Source: Hydrolagus affinis (Eukaryota). From it: a stretch of 64,000 nt of DNA. The stretch is from NCBI GenBank assembly GCA_012026655.1, contig JAAILG010001241.1, forward strand, positions 1 to 64,000, read 5' to 3'. Within the stretch, counting starts at the first letter, position 1. Each line of letters opens with the position of its first letter. This document shows, in pieces, positions 13,331-26,378 of the stretch. Both the position numbers and the translations under genes were made by a program. Below the pieces are notes generated by a model, which saw only the letters and a program-made list of their open reading frames with translations, ran no database searches and was not told where the DNA came from.

Positions 13331-14463
13331 TACCATGCCCAGCAGACAATTCATGTATGGATCAGAATGATGAAGGATTTATCAACTGTGGGTAGCCATC
13401 TCTTCCATCATGTCCACGTATATATAATATATTTTTTGCTGAGGTTACTTATACCTCTGTCGGTGTTAATAGCATATACTGGGTTTCAACTTCAGACCTT
13501 ATGGGCTCAGTGTGGTTCGATTTTCATCCTAATTGGCCTTAATTCCAACGTGGCAATGTTTGATTTGATTATTTGTAACTTGCAATAAATTACAGCTCTT
13601 TATAATTTCACACATTGTTTGCACACAGAATGAATTTTGCATGCATTTCAATTAAAATATAACGGCTTTTCAATAGCCACAGCGCCATAACATAGATCAA
13701 CTCCGCTATACAGTGAGCTATTGAAGTTAATGATATGCTCCTACTTCCTTTTGAAACCAGATGTTACGTAATCAAGGTTATTATTTGATGCCAAATATTG
13801 TCATAAAAGGGGAGGCAGTTTAGCTCAAGGTGTTAGATTTACGCTGACATTCTACAACTGCACAATGGCTTTTGAGATATTGTAAAGTAGTTCTTTGAGA
13901 ATCTAAAGCTGACTGACTCAAGCCACCTGATATATCAGTAGCTAATTTCTCTTGGGATTTGATGAAGCTGGAGGCCATGATTATCACCTCATCTTTTATG
14001 AATTGGTAGTGAGCACACAACTCCAATGTTAAAGACCTCAATATGTTTTGTTTTCTTGTTTCAATCCATGCAGTTGTGGATTTTGTGAGCAATTTAGTGA
14101 GTTAACACATATGTTCATGGTTAGACATGAAGGGTTGAGATGCGGTTTGTTTATGTTGCCACAGAAGTTGCTTAGTTAATGTCTAAATATAGAACATAGA
14201 TCTGTGTAATGTATTGGCTTCTTTCCTCTTTGTTTAAATGTTCCATTTAAACCTACTCCCAGTGTTTTAGGATGTCCTCCCAAGGTGAAAGATGTAATTT
14301 TTTATTGTACAATGGGAGAAAAGATACAACTTTTGGGAATGCTACTTTTTTGTTGCTTCATGACGCTCTTGCTATCTGACATTTTTAAAGGCACTGATTG
14401 TGCTTACAGCTGCCTTAATTGAAAGAGTATAATCACTGTTTTCATTGTCTTCTATCTGTACAG

Positions 14464-14597
14464 ATCCTGGATGGGTATCCATCAACCGAGGAGTGCTAGT
14501 TTGTGATGAATGCTGCAGTGTTCATCGGAGTCTGGGTCGACACATCTCCATGGTAAAGCACCTCCGTCACAGCTCATGGTCTTCAACATTGTTACAG
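14464..14597 (+). CDS. git1: GIT1 coding exon 2 (ArfGAP zinc finger second CxxC and catalytic Arg)
   Basis: cag|ATCCTGGA...TTACAG|gttggt; 134 nt; (D)PGWVSINRGVLVCDECCSVHRSLGRHISMVKHLRHSSWSSTLLQ. Confidence 0.97.
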
Positions 14598-14956
14598 GTT
14601 GGTGATTAGTTTTTGCCACACTTTTTCTTTGTTGTCCTCATTCTCTAATTTGATAACGTCTCCTGAAGCCTGTTCTATTCAAATCCACCTCAATGTGAGT
14701 TCTTCCTTCCTGTGTGCAACTGTATTTTGAAGGTAGGAGCAGCAAGCCACAAGGTGGGATTTTAATTGGTTGAAAATTGTGGCCCCTGGGATTTTTTTAG
14801 CTTCGTGCTTTCAAAAGTCTAAAGATTGACCAGATTGTGTCTGCAACCGTTTTATTTTGTACTAATAAGAGCCAATCAGAGTTTTCCAGTAGACAAATAA
14901 ATGTTTTGGCCGTTGGATCAAACACGTACTAGGAATTCAGTCTAATCATGAGGATG

Positions 14957-15140
14957 ATAATAATAATCCTTGGATTTCATATATCGCTTTTCACGTCTTC
15001 TAGAACATTTCAGTGATTCACAGAATATACAGTGAAGACGTATATTTGTGGGCAAAATGCGGCAGCCAATTGCGCACAGCAGTATCCCTGATCCCAGTAT
15101 CCCACAAAATGGTTGTGAATTGAATTGACCAATTTATTGT
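14957..15140 (-). mobile_element. SINE family A, 3' two-thirds
   Basis: Reverse complement of body and tail. Confidence 0.85.
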
Positions 15141-16689
15141 ATGTTTTTCTTAAGGAATTATCAGGTGTGATGGGTATGTGTGTTGGGGGTGTGGGGTGTT
15201 AAGACATGATTGGGGCAAAGAACCTTATGTTTCTAACGTGATGGCTTTGATTGCAATGGTTAAGAGAAATGTAAAATTTTCGTATCGTTTAGATCCTGTA
15301 CCTTTTTTGGATTGCTATACAGTAATGTCAAAATACTTTGCTACTAGTTGTTCTAATGCTGACTACAAAAATACTTTTAACTGTAAGAAATTGCAGTTGC
15401 TGAATGAGCGGTTTATATGTAATCTGGAATGAAAGATGATTTTATTTTCTGATACAATCTGCAGGTACTATTTTTATGTAAAAGAAGTTAGTGTGGAACA
15501 GCTACTTGCAAATACATTTTCACTGCAAGTATCAGGGAGCCTTACAGCTATTTTATAATTTAACCGTACTAGTCAGCAATGAGTTCCTAAAATTAAATGT
15601 GTTCATTCGAACAATGCAAACTTTTTATGTAAAAAGGAAACCTGGATTGTTTCTAAATGGACAATCTATAAAGCCATTTTATATGAATGAGATTATATTT
15701 ATTAAACTCTATTGAAACCTCTGTTCTATTTCACATTTTCAAATCCCTACTTCTAGAGTAAACCCAACCATTTCCTTTACAGATAACTGGACAAGAAGTG
15801 GTTTTCCATCACATAATGCTTTTCTACATTTTTTTGCATTACACAGCATTTCCTATTTGGCAACATCTCACGCTCAGTAAAACTTTCTGTTTAGAAATGA
15901 TTTTTTTTTAAAAAACTCAAAAGTGTCAATTGACATGTTTAATGATTCACTGTAGACAGGAAACTTAACCTTTTGACTGAGGCTCCTTATCTTGTGAAGC
16001 CAAAGACTTGCAGAGAGGAAGGTGGGGTGGTGGGGGAGCAGAGCATGATCCTGATTCTTGTTGTTCATGGATCTGAAAATCTCAGTGGCTTGAAAATAAA
16101 ATAAATGAATAATGCAGACTACTTTAATATTTTTTCACTATCATTTTAGTGAACCATGAAATGCCAAAATAGATATAGCATCCATACTACAGAGTACTAC
16201 AGGGTCAACACTGGGAGTGCGTTACAATGTTCTAGAAAGCATTCTCGGTTTGGATGACCTCCTAAATTACTCAAGCAGTTTACACAGTCAGCTAAACCCT
16301 GAGAATGTATTGAAACTTTGAACATACTCCCACCAATTGCTTTGTTTTGAAGTGTATATAATTTTTTTTCTTGACAAATTTTCCATTGTAAAGATTTTTT
16401 TTTTGCCTTTTTGGATACGGGGCTTTCCACCAAGTGTTGTTCTTCTTGGGCAAATCTAAACTGAGTAATGGCAGGAGTTTCAACATTGGGTGCTATTGCA
16501 GCTGAGCCTAATTCAGCTCTCCACACACATGCACTTCCAGCAGGATTGCTGGATATAAATTCTGACAGTCAATATTCTCTTTCTTCATCTACAGCCAATT
16601 CAGTGCAACCACACAATCAAACCTGGAAATATCCTGTTATGTACCTGTCAGCTATTCATGGAATAAAGTTCACTAGCATACTGAGTTGC

Positions 16690-16752
16690 TCAGCGTCTTG
16701 GGACGTCCTCCAGACGTGAAAGGCACTCTATAAATGTAATTGTTGTTGTTGT
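16690..16752 (+). mobile_element. L2-type 3' tail fragment
   Basis: gcgtcttgggacgtcctccagacgtgaaaggcactctataaatgtaattgttgttgtt. Confidence 0.75.
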
Positions 16753-17420
16753 TTGACTCTTTCAAGCTTTCCTGTGTTGGCTTACTGCCTCGGATGCTTT
16801 CTTGTGCTTTACTTCAGCAGTATATCAGGCAGCAGGTTATGGAATCAACTGAATGGTATAACCGTTTTGTTGCTAAATCCATTTCACAGAGGTGTAACTC
16901 CTGGTATAATCCGCATTTGCCATTTTATTGTATTCGCTATTGCAAAGCTTATTCCTAATTAAGCAATGTTCTTGCATATTGTACTGATTGTTGCAGGTGA
17001 AGGTTCAACCACAAAATGTTAACGCTTAATGGGTCAAAGTCTGATGACAGCATGCTTTTATATTGTCAACACAATTGCCCTTTTACTGCTTATTCTCCAG
17101 TTGCATGTCTCTTGCATTCTAATTATATTTTTAATCAATCGGATTTTGCTCGTGTTTACAAAATCGTTTTTTAAAAGGCACAACAGTTGACCTCTTTAGG
17201 GCATGTATACGTCAATCGGGATCTCATGCCATTGGAGGGAACGTATTATTCTGTTTCTTCACTTAAGAATGCAAATCCACCGGTGGATTTTGTACTGATG
17301 AATGTTGTCTTCCACTAATGCGTTTGTTCTGATCAGATTCTAGCTGGTGTAATATTGTGAGAATGAGTAGAGGTCTATTAGAACAAGGCAGATGGCTGTT
17401 ATAAAATCCCAACTAGCCTT

Positions 17421-17590
17421 ATAATAATAATTCCTCAAAAAATAAATCAAATAATAATTTGGTCACTCAATCCACGACTGTTTGTGGGACACTGCTATGC
17501 GCAATTGAGTACCGTGTTTTGCCCACGAATATACAGTTAACTCACTTTACAATGTATTATGTGAAGTGCTTTGAGACATCTAGAAGACAT
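17421..17590 (+). mobile_element. SINE family A body, truncated at both ends
   Basis: tccacgactgtttgtgggacactgctatgcgcaatt...gagacatctagaagac. Confidence 0.85.
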
Positions 17591-18744
17591 TACAGTATTA
17601 TGATGGGTCACGATCAGCAATCAGTATATCTGCAATGCGACGTCACTGATCAGCACTTTGTGTGCGCGGGAAGCCACGCCCTGTGCTTGGAAAAAAAAAT
17701 TGGCCAACTTCCAGATCATCAGGTCATTGCCAGTGATATGCTGTACATAGGAACTGATGAGTGTATGCTGGCATATGTCATCCACAAGGATCATATGTTA
17801 TAATGGTCTCTTTCAGTTCAGAGTGTAAAAGAAAATTTAAATTTGGCAACAATTGAACTACTTATCTACCTACTCTTTTAAAAACATTTCTTCCTTCATT
17901 CCACCCTCTCCACTCCCCCTTTATTTCTTGGCATACTGCCTAAACTTGTGATTGTGTGCACTAGTCCTTGTATTACTTGCTGCTAGGTTTTTAACTATGC
18001 CACAGGGCAATCAGCTGCTGGGAGAAGCTTAAGAGTTGGCTATGTTGACTGACCTTTTTTCACTATGAAGGAAGTACCTCACATCTGCTGAGCAATTGAT
18101 TTCTATCTGGAAGTTTGCAACTGAGTATAGGGAATTGAATAGACAGGCTGGTTGGTTTCATCTCTAGATTTCAACATTGATAAAATATTGTTGACAAACA
18201 ATATTTCTATACATTTGCCTTCTTTGTATTAAATCTGCAGTATAGATAATCCAAAGGCATTAAAACAAATGCTTGGGTTAATGCAATATTTTTTATGCAA
18301 GCACATACTGTTAGAGTGCAGTGCCAGTGAAGTGATGCTTTCCAACATAAAAATGAGCTTTTATGAGTTTGCTAATTTATTAGCCAAGTGTATTAAAGCA
18401 GAAAATTGCTGCTTCTGCCATTAGCAAGTGAAACTCTTCACAAATATTCAGTCTTTGGAAGAATAACAACCTGCATAAACTATGTAGTCATTTCAATTGA
18501 GATTTACCTTTTTATAGATTTGTTGATGGAGGTTTTAATGCTGTACTGAAATAGCAGTGAAGTGGAGTAAACGGAATCATTAGTAATGCTGATAATTGAA
18601 AGTTATTCATTGCAACACATTTGATATTTTTGGGGCATGATTGTTCAAGTGAGGTCTTGAATAATATTCCCAGATAGCTGATTTCATAAACTTAATTTTC
18701 TATTATGACGATGCTGTCGAGTAATTTTCAGCAGAATGCTGTCT

Positions 18745-19004
18745 CCCAAATGGGGAGATTGAGAAGCATAGTTTTAAATGCAAAGGGTAGTTAGGGTGTG
18801 GAATGATCTCAAACAGTGATTGAGGAAAACAAATCCCTATTAGCTTTCAAGAGGCAACTAGCGAATTACCCTTTTTTTAAAAAAAGAGTAGTTTCAAGGA
18901 GTATTCGGAAAAGGCTTGGAAATTTGAATGGGTCTTTCAAACAGCAATCACGCGCATGGTAGGCCAAGTGGCTACTTTTTATTCTATAAAGTTCTATGGT
19001 TCTA
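18745..19004 (+). mobile_element. CR1 LINE 3' fragment, degenerate
   Basis: agggtagttagggtgtggaatg (RVVRVWN) and tail ggccaagtggc...ttctataaagttctatggttcta. Confidence 0.6.
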
Positions 19005-19404
19005 ATTAGGACTTGCTCACTTTTACCACTTGTAAAATTGTTCTATCGTGAAATGAAAATTAAATACTAATATTTCAGTATTTTTCAGAGGAAGTTCTTG
19101 TGAATGACCATAATATTTTTGTAAAAGTGCAATATTTTGGCCAATTGTAACTTGTAAAAATTTCCCGTTTGGTAATCTTGATTCCTGTAACTATGATATC
19201 ACTATTTTATTGGCTCTGATCAATACTTTTAAAGTGGGTATTTGCTAACCCAGTTCTGTCTGGTATTTCTAGAGAATGTCCTGTGGGTACTCTATTCTTG
19301 GAATAATCAAGATAATTAAATAAACTGTCAATATTCTAGATGAAGATGAATATTCTAGATTAGATGAATATTCTAATTTTATATCTAGCGCTTGCTGCAA
19401 TATA

Positions 19405-19730
19405 CAGGTATCGCACCTCCCCCACCCTCCGTGTCACCCCCCCACCCACCCTCCGTGTCACCCTCTCTATATGTCTGTGTGTAGATCACTCAGTCAGACA
19501 GCAATCCCTCGCGGATTGCTGCAGATCCTGGCAGCCAATGCGCCCAAATTTACTCCCCCTATCCCCATGTTTCCCATAAGGCCCTGCATTTTCCAACCTC
19601 GAAAAAGCAAACATACTCCCCCTATCCCCATTTTTCCCATAGGGCCCTGTATTTTCCAACCGTGGTTTTACAAACCACCGAGGTTTTCAGGAACGTATCC
19701 CCCGCGGTTGGGGAGGGCTACCTCGTACTG
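19405..19730. mobile_element. Tigger-like non-autonomous DNA transposon with internal duplications
   Basis: TA-flanked, CpG-rich; imperfect TIRs (caggtatcgcacctccccc / ggggagggctacctcg); subterminal ggaacgtatcccccgcgg. Confidence 0.6.
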
Positions 19731-20113
19731 TATTTGTTTACATATAGTAATCTGAGGCAGAGGTGGACAATGTAGGATTTCTGAATTGTTTCACACTGAA
19801 GCATTTTCATGGAGCTCACTGTAGGCTGCTACAGATGTATGCTAACCTCTTTGATTAATTCTATTTTTTGGTCTTCCCATCTGCTGTATTTAAATTGTTT
19901 TATTCTCTAAGATTGGATCCTGCCTTCCTGTTTTTTTTAACTTTGCTTTGAATTGTATTTATTCTCTCAGGTTCTAATTGCCATAAGTACTTTGGGTTGC
20001 TATTAAATTATTACTAGGAAGTCATAACTTCTTTAGGAATACTCCGAACTATTGAGAAAGTGGCCTTGCTCTCGGAAACACAAACTGTATACTGTATTTT
20101 GAAATTAGGTTGT

Positions 20114-20222
20114 TTTGCTCACAAAATATCCAGTCACTCCACTTCACAGTATATTCTGTGAGGCACTTGGGGACGTCTAGAAGACATGTAAAGCGTTATA
20201 TCAAATGCAAGGATTATTATTG
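20114..20222 (+). mobile_element. SINE family A 3' fragment
   Basis: cagtatattctgtgaggcacttggggacgtctagaagac...tcaaatgcaaggattattat. Confidence 0.85.
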
Positions 20223-20630
20223 TTATAATTATTGTTAATAATATCAACAACCAGTAGAGCAATAGTTAAATTTCTTGTGTCGTTTTACTGAAGTTAGTTA
20301 TCTGCTCTTTGTTTTTTTTCCTTTCTCTTTTTCTCCCCCTCCCACTGAACATAGGTAGAGAGGTGCAAGCATATTTTCAGACTGCCATAGGATATTTTGC
20401 AACCCTTGTACTACCTTATTGCAACGTGGTTTCTACTGGATTCACTGTAGCATAATCAGATTACTCCAAACATTAATCTTCAATAGCAATGTTTTGCGTT
20501 TTAAGACTGAAATGGCATTGGCCATCAAAGTATGTCAGTGGTTAAAGTAATTTCACAAGCTATAATGACATCAGTATTGATCTTTATTAATTGCATTAAA
20601 TAAAGTTTGTTTTCATTGCATCCCTTTTAG

Positions 20631-20743
20631 ATGGTACAGACTCTGGCAAGCAATGGCGCCAACTCCATCTGGGAACATTCATTGCTTGACCCAGCCCAGG
20701 TGCAAAGTGGACGGCGTAAACCAAACCCTCAGGATAAAGTCCA
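20631..20743 (+). CDS. git1: GIT1 coding exon 3 (ArfGAP)
   Basis: ttttag|ATG...GTCCA|gtgagt; 113 nt; MVQTLASNGANSIWEHSLLDPAQVQSGRRKPNPQDKV(H). Confidence 0.97.
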
Positions 20744-21911
20744 GTGAGTGGCTTATTCTTTGAAAGGCGATGCAATATTATATTAATTCTATATTTCTGT
20801 TCAACATAAGTAAATCAAGATTATAAGGTCTCCACATAAATGTTGCTATCATTTTAGACAATTCAGCAAGCTTTTGGAACCTTTACAGGTGCATGGCTTT
20901 ACAGGTGCACAGGCTCTGAACAAAAAACAGCAGGTTTTTTGTTCACAGCCACTCCTGCTGCAAGCTGGGGATTCTGTTTGTTGCAACACAAACTCTGACC
21001 TTTGCTACTGTTGGTAGAACTACATTTTAGTTGGTTTCTGTTAATCTAAATGTAACCAAACTTTTAATGGATTGCCAGACACCAAAGGGGAAGGTGTATG
21101 TTGTAATATTAATTGCATTGTCACACTTTGATGGAATAGCTTGCTGATGAAGCTGGTGAGGTAGACAATGCGGGGGATGGTCATTTATGGGAGTTAAAAG
21201 CAGCGTGAATAAATCATGAGAGCATTAAGCTTTGGGGGGAATTTTTAACTAATGGATAAATACAATTTAATATTGCACACTGACCTTGAAGAATAGAATA
21301 ACCAAATCTGAAATTAAATCCATATTAAATTATGCAGTTGTTAATGTGTTAGTCGGGGGCTTCTGTTGTTGTAATTACTTCTGTTGTGGATCTCACTATA
21401 GATTAGCCTAACGTGCTACATTAACTGCCCCTTTTCTCTCCCTCCTCTAGCAAGCACTCACCTTGCTGGGGGGTGCATTTGTTATGGCTCCTGTGGTTTG
21501 AGTTTGTCCTTAGTGGCAAGTATGCATGCTTCTGTGGGCAACTCTTAATGAGAAAGATGGGTTTTTTGTTGTTGCTGAATTTGGAAGAAATGTTGCTGAT
21601 TGACAATCTCCCAAACCCGCAGAAGTGAGATTCTGTTTTGAGACAAACTCCCTATGGAGTTCCAGTTTGCCGCTGGGTTGAGCCAGAAACACAGAATTAT
21701 GTATGTTGACATATGCAAACTGAATGTTGAAACTCCGAGGCCATTTCATCTCAGCCTATCCCTTCCAACAGCCACACACTTAACAACAGGGATCATTGTC
21801 TGATTTTGTTTTGCTCTTCTGTCTCCAAAACCAACTGTACGCTGCTCCAACAAAGAAATGCTATTGTTAATGATGCTTTTATTAAACATGTATATATTTT
21901 TAAATCTTCAG

Positions 21912-22017
21912 TCCCACTAAAGCAGAGTTCATACGAGCCAAGTACCAAATGTTGGCATTTGTTCACAAACTACCTTGTCGTGATGATGATGGTGTGACCA
22001 CAAAGGACCTTAGTAAG
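21912..22017 (+). CDS. git1: GIT1 coding exon 4
   Basis: cttcag|TCCC...AGTAAG|gtgagg; 106 nt; PTKAEFIRAKYQMLAFVHKLPCRDDDGVTTKDLSK. Confidence 0.97.
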
Positions 22018-22724
22018 GTGAGGTCTTTTACATGCGTAGGACATCTTTCTCTTGTATTGTTATCTCAGGTTTGTGAAAAGCTGTAGATAGTTGAGCATAT
22101 TTCTCTCAGAATGTGAACCTCAGTTGCAAATCCTTCTAAAATATTACCTTGCAGTTCCCTAGAAACTGGGTATCTTTTGGTATTCCACGAGTGACTATTC
22201 ATGTTTAAGCCTATACTAGATATTGATAGCATGTTTAAGCAGTTATGGCTCTATGTTCAAATCCAAACCTTGTTGTCTGCTTTTTCAACATTTGCATTTT
22301 TCCAGTACTGAATGAAATCTGACAATTGTGTCAGAATTCTATTCCTGTCATTGCAGAGATGACGGGTCCCACATAACTTAGACCTGACTCTTTCCAATTT
22401 TCATTCTCGGCAATTATATGCCCAAACATGCGCCTATTACTCCTTTGCACTTCCATGTTGTAACAGTTTGAGAGGAGTGTTGGTCTGGCCATAGCTGATG
22501 AACTTAAAACTGGTAAATTCATCATGATTTAGGTCCTGAAGAATGCATTACGTATATTTTCTCTTGTGGTGCCGTTTCTTTATGTAATTCTTCTAGATTA
22601 ATTAACTTCACCCACCCTGCTCTGATCTGTTCCCAGCTCTCATTGTCGAGAGCTTTGAGACATCCTCCTGTCACAAAATGTACTCTAAACATTGTGTAAA
22701 TTTCATTGTATTTGTCTCTCCCAG

Positions 22725-22811
22725 CAACTGCACTCGAGTGTACGGACAGGGAATTTGGAAACGTGTCTGAGGCTACTCTCCTTGGGAGCTCAAGCCAACT
22801 TCTTTCACCCG
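22725..22811 (+). CDS. git1: GIT1 coding exon 5 (ankyrin repeat)
   Basis: cccag|CAA...CCG|gtaaag; 87 nt; QLHSSVRTGNLETCLRLLSLGAQANFFHP. Confidence 0.97.
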
Positions 22812-22875
22812 GTAAAGTTCATCATCAAAAACATTTTTTGAAGCATTTTATATTTAATATCCAGATTTATTTTAG

Positions 22876-23264
22876 CATCACCTTCATTCTCGTCCGACTC
22901 CACTGACTCAATTCAAGATCCTGATCCTCACCTTTGAAGCCCTCTATGGCCTTGCCTCGCCCTATCTCTGCAACTTTTGAACCCCCTAACCAGTCCACTC
23001 CCTTCACTCAGCGGGCTCCTATCTGCTCCATGTTCCTCGCCCCACCATTGGTGGGCGAGCCTTCAGCCACTCTGCCCCCTGCCTTTGGAATTCCATCCCG
23101 CAATCCCTCCATTTCACTTCCTTCAAGTCCTACCTCAAGACCCTCCTCTTCGGTCACACCCTCCCCGATACCAACCCAGCTTGTGTGCAAAACACTGATT
23201 GTCCAGTGCCTTGGAGCGTCCTTGCGACATGAAAGTCGCTATACAAAGGTAATTTTGCTGTTGC
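22876..23264 (+). mobile_element. L2 LINE 3' end
   Basis: FKILILTFEALYGLASPYLCN...RAFSHSAP..WNSIP motifs plus tail gccttggagcgtcc...gctatacaaaggtaattttgctgttg. Confidence 0.85.
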
Positions 23265-23642
23265 TATGACAACGCAATACAAATATACCAAAAAGAAGTT
23301 CCCAATCTCCTCAATCCAATTCTCATTTGCCAATGTGAAGGTTTCCTTAAGTGATTTGAAAACCCCAGAGGGTGTTTAACGTGTAAAATTTCTATCTACA
23401 CATCCACTTGACTTTACAAGTTCCCTTCTTGATTTATTTTTCCCAATAAAAGCTCCTCTGGCAGCTGTCACTGTTATTCAGTGTCAGTCTCGTGCCTTTG
23501 TATTTTCATTGTCTCGCAACTCAATATTTTATTGGCGACCGAAGAGAAACTAATTAACTTTCACGGGTTGTGGTAATCAGCAGCTGCTCAATTTGTAACC
23601 TGGACATGTTTTCTAAAGTACAATAAATTTTGTATTTATCAG

Positions 23643-23773
23643 GAAAAAGGTACCATTCCACTGCATGTAGCTGCCAAAGCAGGGCAGATCCACCAGGCCG
23701 AACTTCTAGTCGTCTACGGTGCCGATCCGGGAGCTCCTGATGTTAATGGCAGAACTCCTATAGATTATGCCAG
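23643..23773 (+). CDS. git1: GIT1 coding exon 6 (ankyrin repeats)
   Basis: atcag|GAA...GCCAG|gtcagt; 131 nt; EKGTIPLHVAAKAGQIHQAELLVVYGADPGAPDVNGRTPIDYA(R). Confidence 0.97.
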
Positions 23774-24179
23774 GTCAGTGAAAAGGCCATAGTTTTCTCT
23801 TTTTAATTGTCGCACATATAGCAGTTTTGCATGTATATCTCATGTCGTGGGGATTGCAAGAACTGGGATAATATGTCTCGAGTGGTTTGGGCTAAAGGTT
23901 TTAGGTACGTATTCTTACTGTAACATCTTGCATCAGGTTTAAAATGTATATATATTTATATATGTGCATATATATTTATATGTGCAACTATTTCCATTCT
24001 GTTTTTGTATTTATTTCACTTCGAAAATCAATGAACCCTTTTATAATGAAAATGAATCGACTTGTTTGAATGTTATCGAGTTCTTCGAATGAGATGCCTG
24101 GGAGTTTGCAGAGGGGAACCGATAATTTGATTTTATAAAATTAAGGCATTTCAACGACATAATATGAGAAGGTGCTATA

Positions 24180-24451
24180 CTGTAAAACCTCGATAATCTG
24201 GCATGGTTGGGCCCACTCACCTCACGGATTTCAGAATTTGCCGGTATTTAGCACCTACCCTACAAATGGCTGGGGGAGTCCACCACAGCGCCGAATAACA
24301 GAGCGGCCAAACTGGAAACTGGCAGCTGTTCTGAATTTGAGGGGAGTTTGCTGGTGATCACGGGAGGAAAGGAACTGTTATGTATTTTGAAATCTTGCCT
24401 GTTTTAGGCGGTTGCCAGCTTTCGGAATGTCGGATTATTGAGATTTTATTA
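24180..24451. mobile_element. Tigger/pogo-like MITE (second family)
   Basis: TA-flanked; TIRs ctgtaaaacctcgataatctggca / tgtcggattattgagattttatta; inserted in the TA of an L2-type tail (ggtgctata...tataatgtaaatt). Confidence 0.7.
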
Positions 24452-24764
24452 TATAATGTAAATTGCACTGGGACTTTTGTGTAAATCAGTGCATTTCAGA
24501 AAAATGTGTTTAAAGTTGCCGTTCAAAGCCAATTTTCCTTTGTCTGTTGAATCAAAGGTGTCAACTTTGATTGAGGCTGGTTTGAGTAATGATGTACAGT
24601 TATGGACTGGAAGGTGACCTGAATTGGAAATGTAACTTTCAAAAAAAATGAAAATCACAATCCATGTTACTTAGGTTTCCTCAGTCTGGATTTGTGTGAC
24701 AGCATAGATAGACTTCTCATTTCCTCCCTCACTGTTGTTGAAGTGTGATCATTGTTCCTGGCAG

Positions 24765-24859
24765 GCAAGCAAATCACCACGAGCTGGCTGACAGACTGGT
24801 GGAGTGTCAGTATGAACTTACAGACCGACTGGCATTTTACCTGTGCGGGAGACGGCCAG
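24765..24859 (+). CDS. git1: GIT1 coding exon 7
   Basis: ggcag|GCAA...CCAG|gtgagt; 95 nt; QANHHELADRLVECQYELTDRLAFYLCGRRP. Confidence 0.97.
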
Positions 24860-26335
24860 GTGAGTGAGTCAGTAAAATAAATTGCATCTTTCCTGGGACT
24901 TAATTCTGTTTTGTACCTTCCCGTGCAACCTAATGTGGTGACCTAACCAATAAATATAAAACCTAGGCAAATGGAAAAAAATACAGTGTTATTAAACAAA
25001 CATTGATCTGTATAGATCTTGTGGTGGGGTCACGGGTTCCATTATGCTTTCCAATGACCAATATGTCATAGAAAGCTGGATGATGAGTACAATTTGCAAA
25101 CACAGCTTCAGGTGAGATTGATTTCATAAAATGTATTATTGTAATAAATAGATCACAGTTGGGACTTGTTGAGGATGCAGTACTGCACAAATCATGGCCT
25201 AATTGGGGAGTTGTATTGTTTCAATCTCCTCGCAAATATAAAGTTCTAAAATGCAGATCTTGTACCATGTAGACTCTCAATGCTTGATTCTTCTGTGTCG
25301 TATGCAGTATTTTTCACTACATTCAACTCCTTGATGGAATGGGCTATTACTGAACTTTTACATTGTTGCCCTTTCTAGAATTGGCATATAGAGCCTGGCA
25401 TAATGCAAATCTCCTGCTACTGCAGTGACAAGTGCTCTCTGAGAGACATACTACTGAATATTGTCAGAGGAGGAGTGGATTTTGACTAATTGATAAGAGA
25501 AATTATTCACATTGAAACTGCTCTTCTTTCACACTCAGTAATATTAGATTTGTCTCCTACCTGCTTAATTTTATTTTCCATTTTTAGTGTTCCTATTAGC
25601 CCAAAATGTATTTCTTTAGATTTATATCTTCTGCTCAAGTTGGGTTGACATTGAATTTCAATCTCGAATTTTCAACAATACATACCTGCTTCCTTTTGGA
25701 TAGAAGTTAATTGATTTCTTTTCAAAAAGACTTTAAAGCACAATCTGAAAAATCTCAGTTAAAGTGCTTTTTTTTTTAGTAAAAGTGCAGTTAATAACTT
25801 GCTTTATTTATTTTTTAAAAACAAGTTTTGAAATAAATCCTCATTTTCACCAAATTTACATATGAAATTTTCTGTTTCTGAGAGGGAAAAAAAGATTTTT
25901 TTATTTTGAGAATGAAAAATTAACTTATGGACTTTTTTCTTGTAGTATTTGAAAAGGTACCAGTTAAAATCAATATATTATAATAATCCTTCATTTGGTG
26001 TAGCGCTTTTCACATCTTCTAGAGGTTCTAGATAAGTCTCATTGTCATTCATTTTGTATTGCTATGTGAAAGTTATGTTGTGGCAATAAGGTACAATGCA
26101 ACACTTAGTAAGTCTTTGACTTACTATTGAGCTGCCTGAAGTATTCCTCTAAGAATTGTTTAGCAGAGAATGAGCTAGTTAGGAGCTCACAATGCATTTT
26201 AATATGAGAAGGTGCTATATGAGAAGGGATCAAGACTGCATCCCTCTTTGGGATGTCAAGATCTGTGCTTTTTAAAAAATTATTTTTATATGTATATTAG
26301 CTTGGCACTGAAGGTTTTTATTTTGTTTTTCATAG

Positions 26336-26378
26336 ATCACAAAAATGGACATTATGTCATCCCCCAGATGGCTGATAG
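26336..26378 (+). CDS. git1: GIT1 coding exon 8
   Basis: catag|ATCAC...GATAG|gtaaga; 43 nt; DHKNGHYVIPQMAD. Confidence 0.96.

Noticed and set aside
19330-19376. Short tandem repeats (gatgaatattcta x3; also 20881, 23945, 53910)
   Set aside because: Ordinary local slippage duplications with no unique spacers or regular period, so not CRISPR-like.
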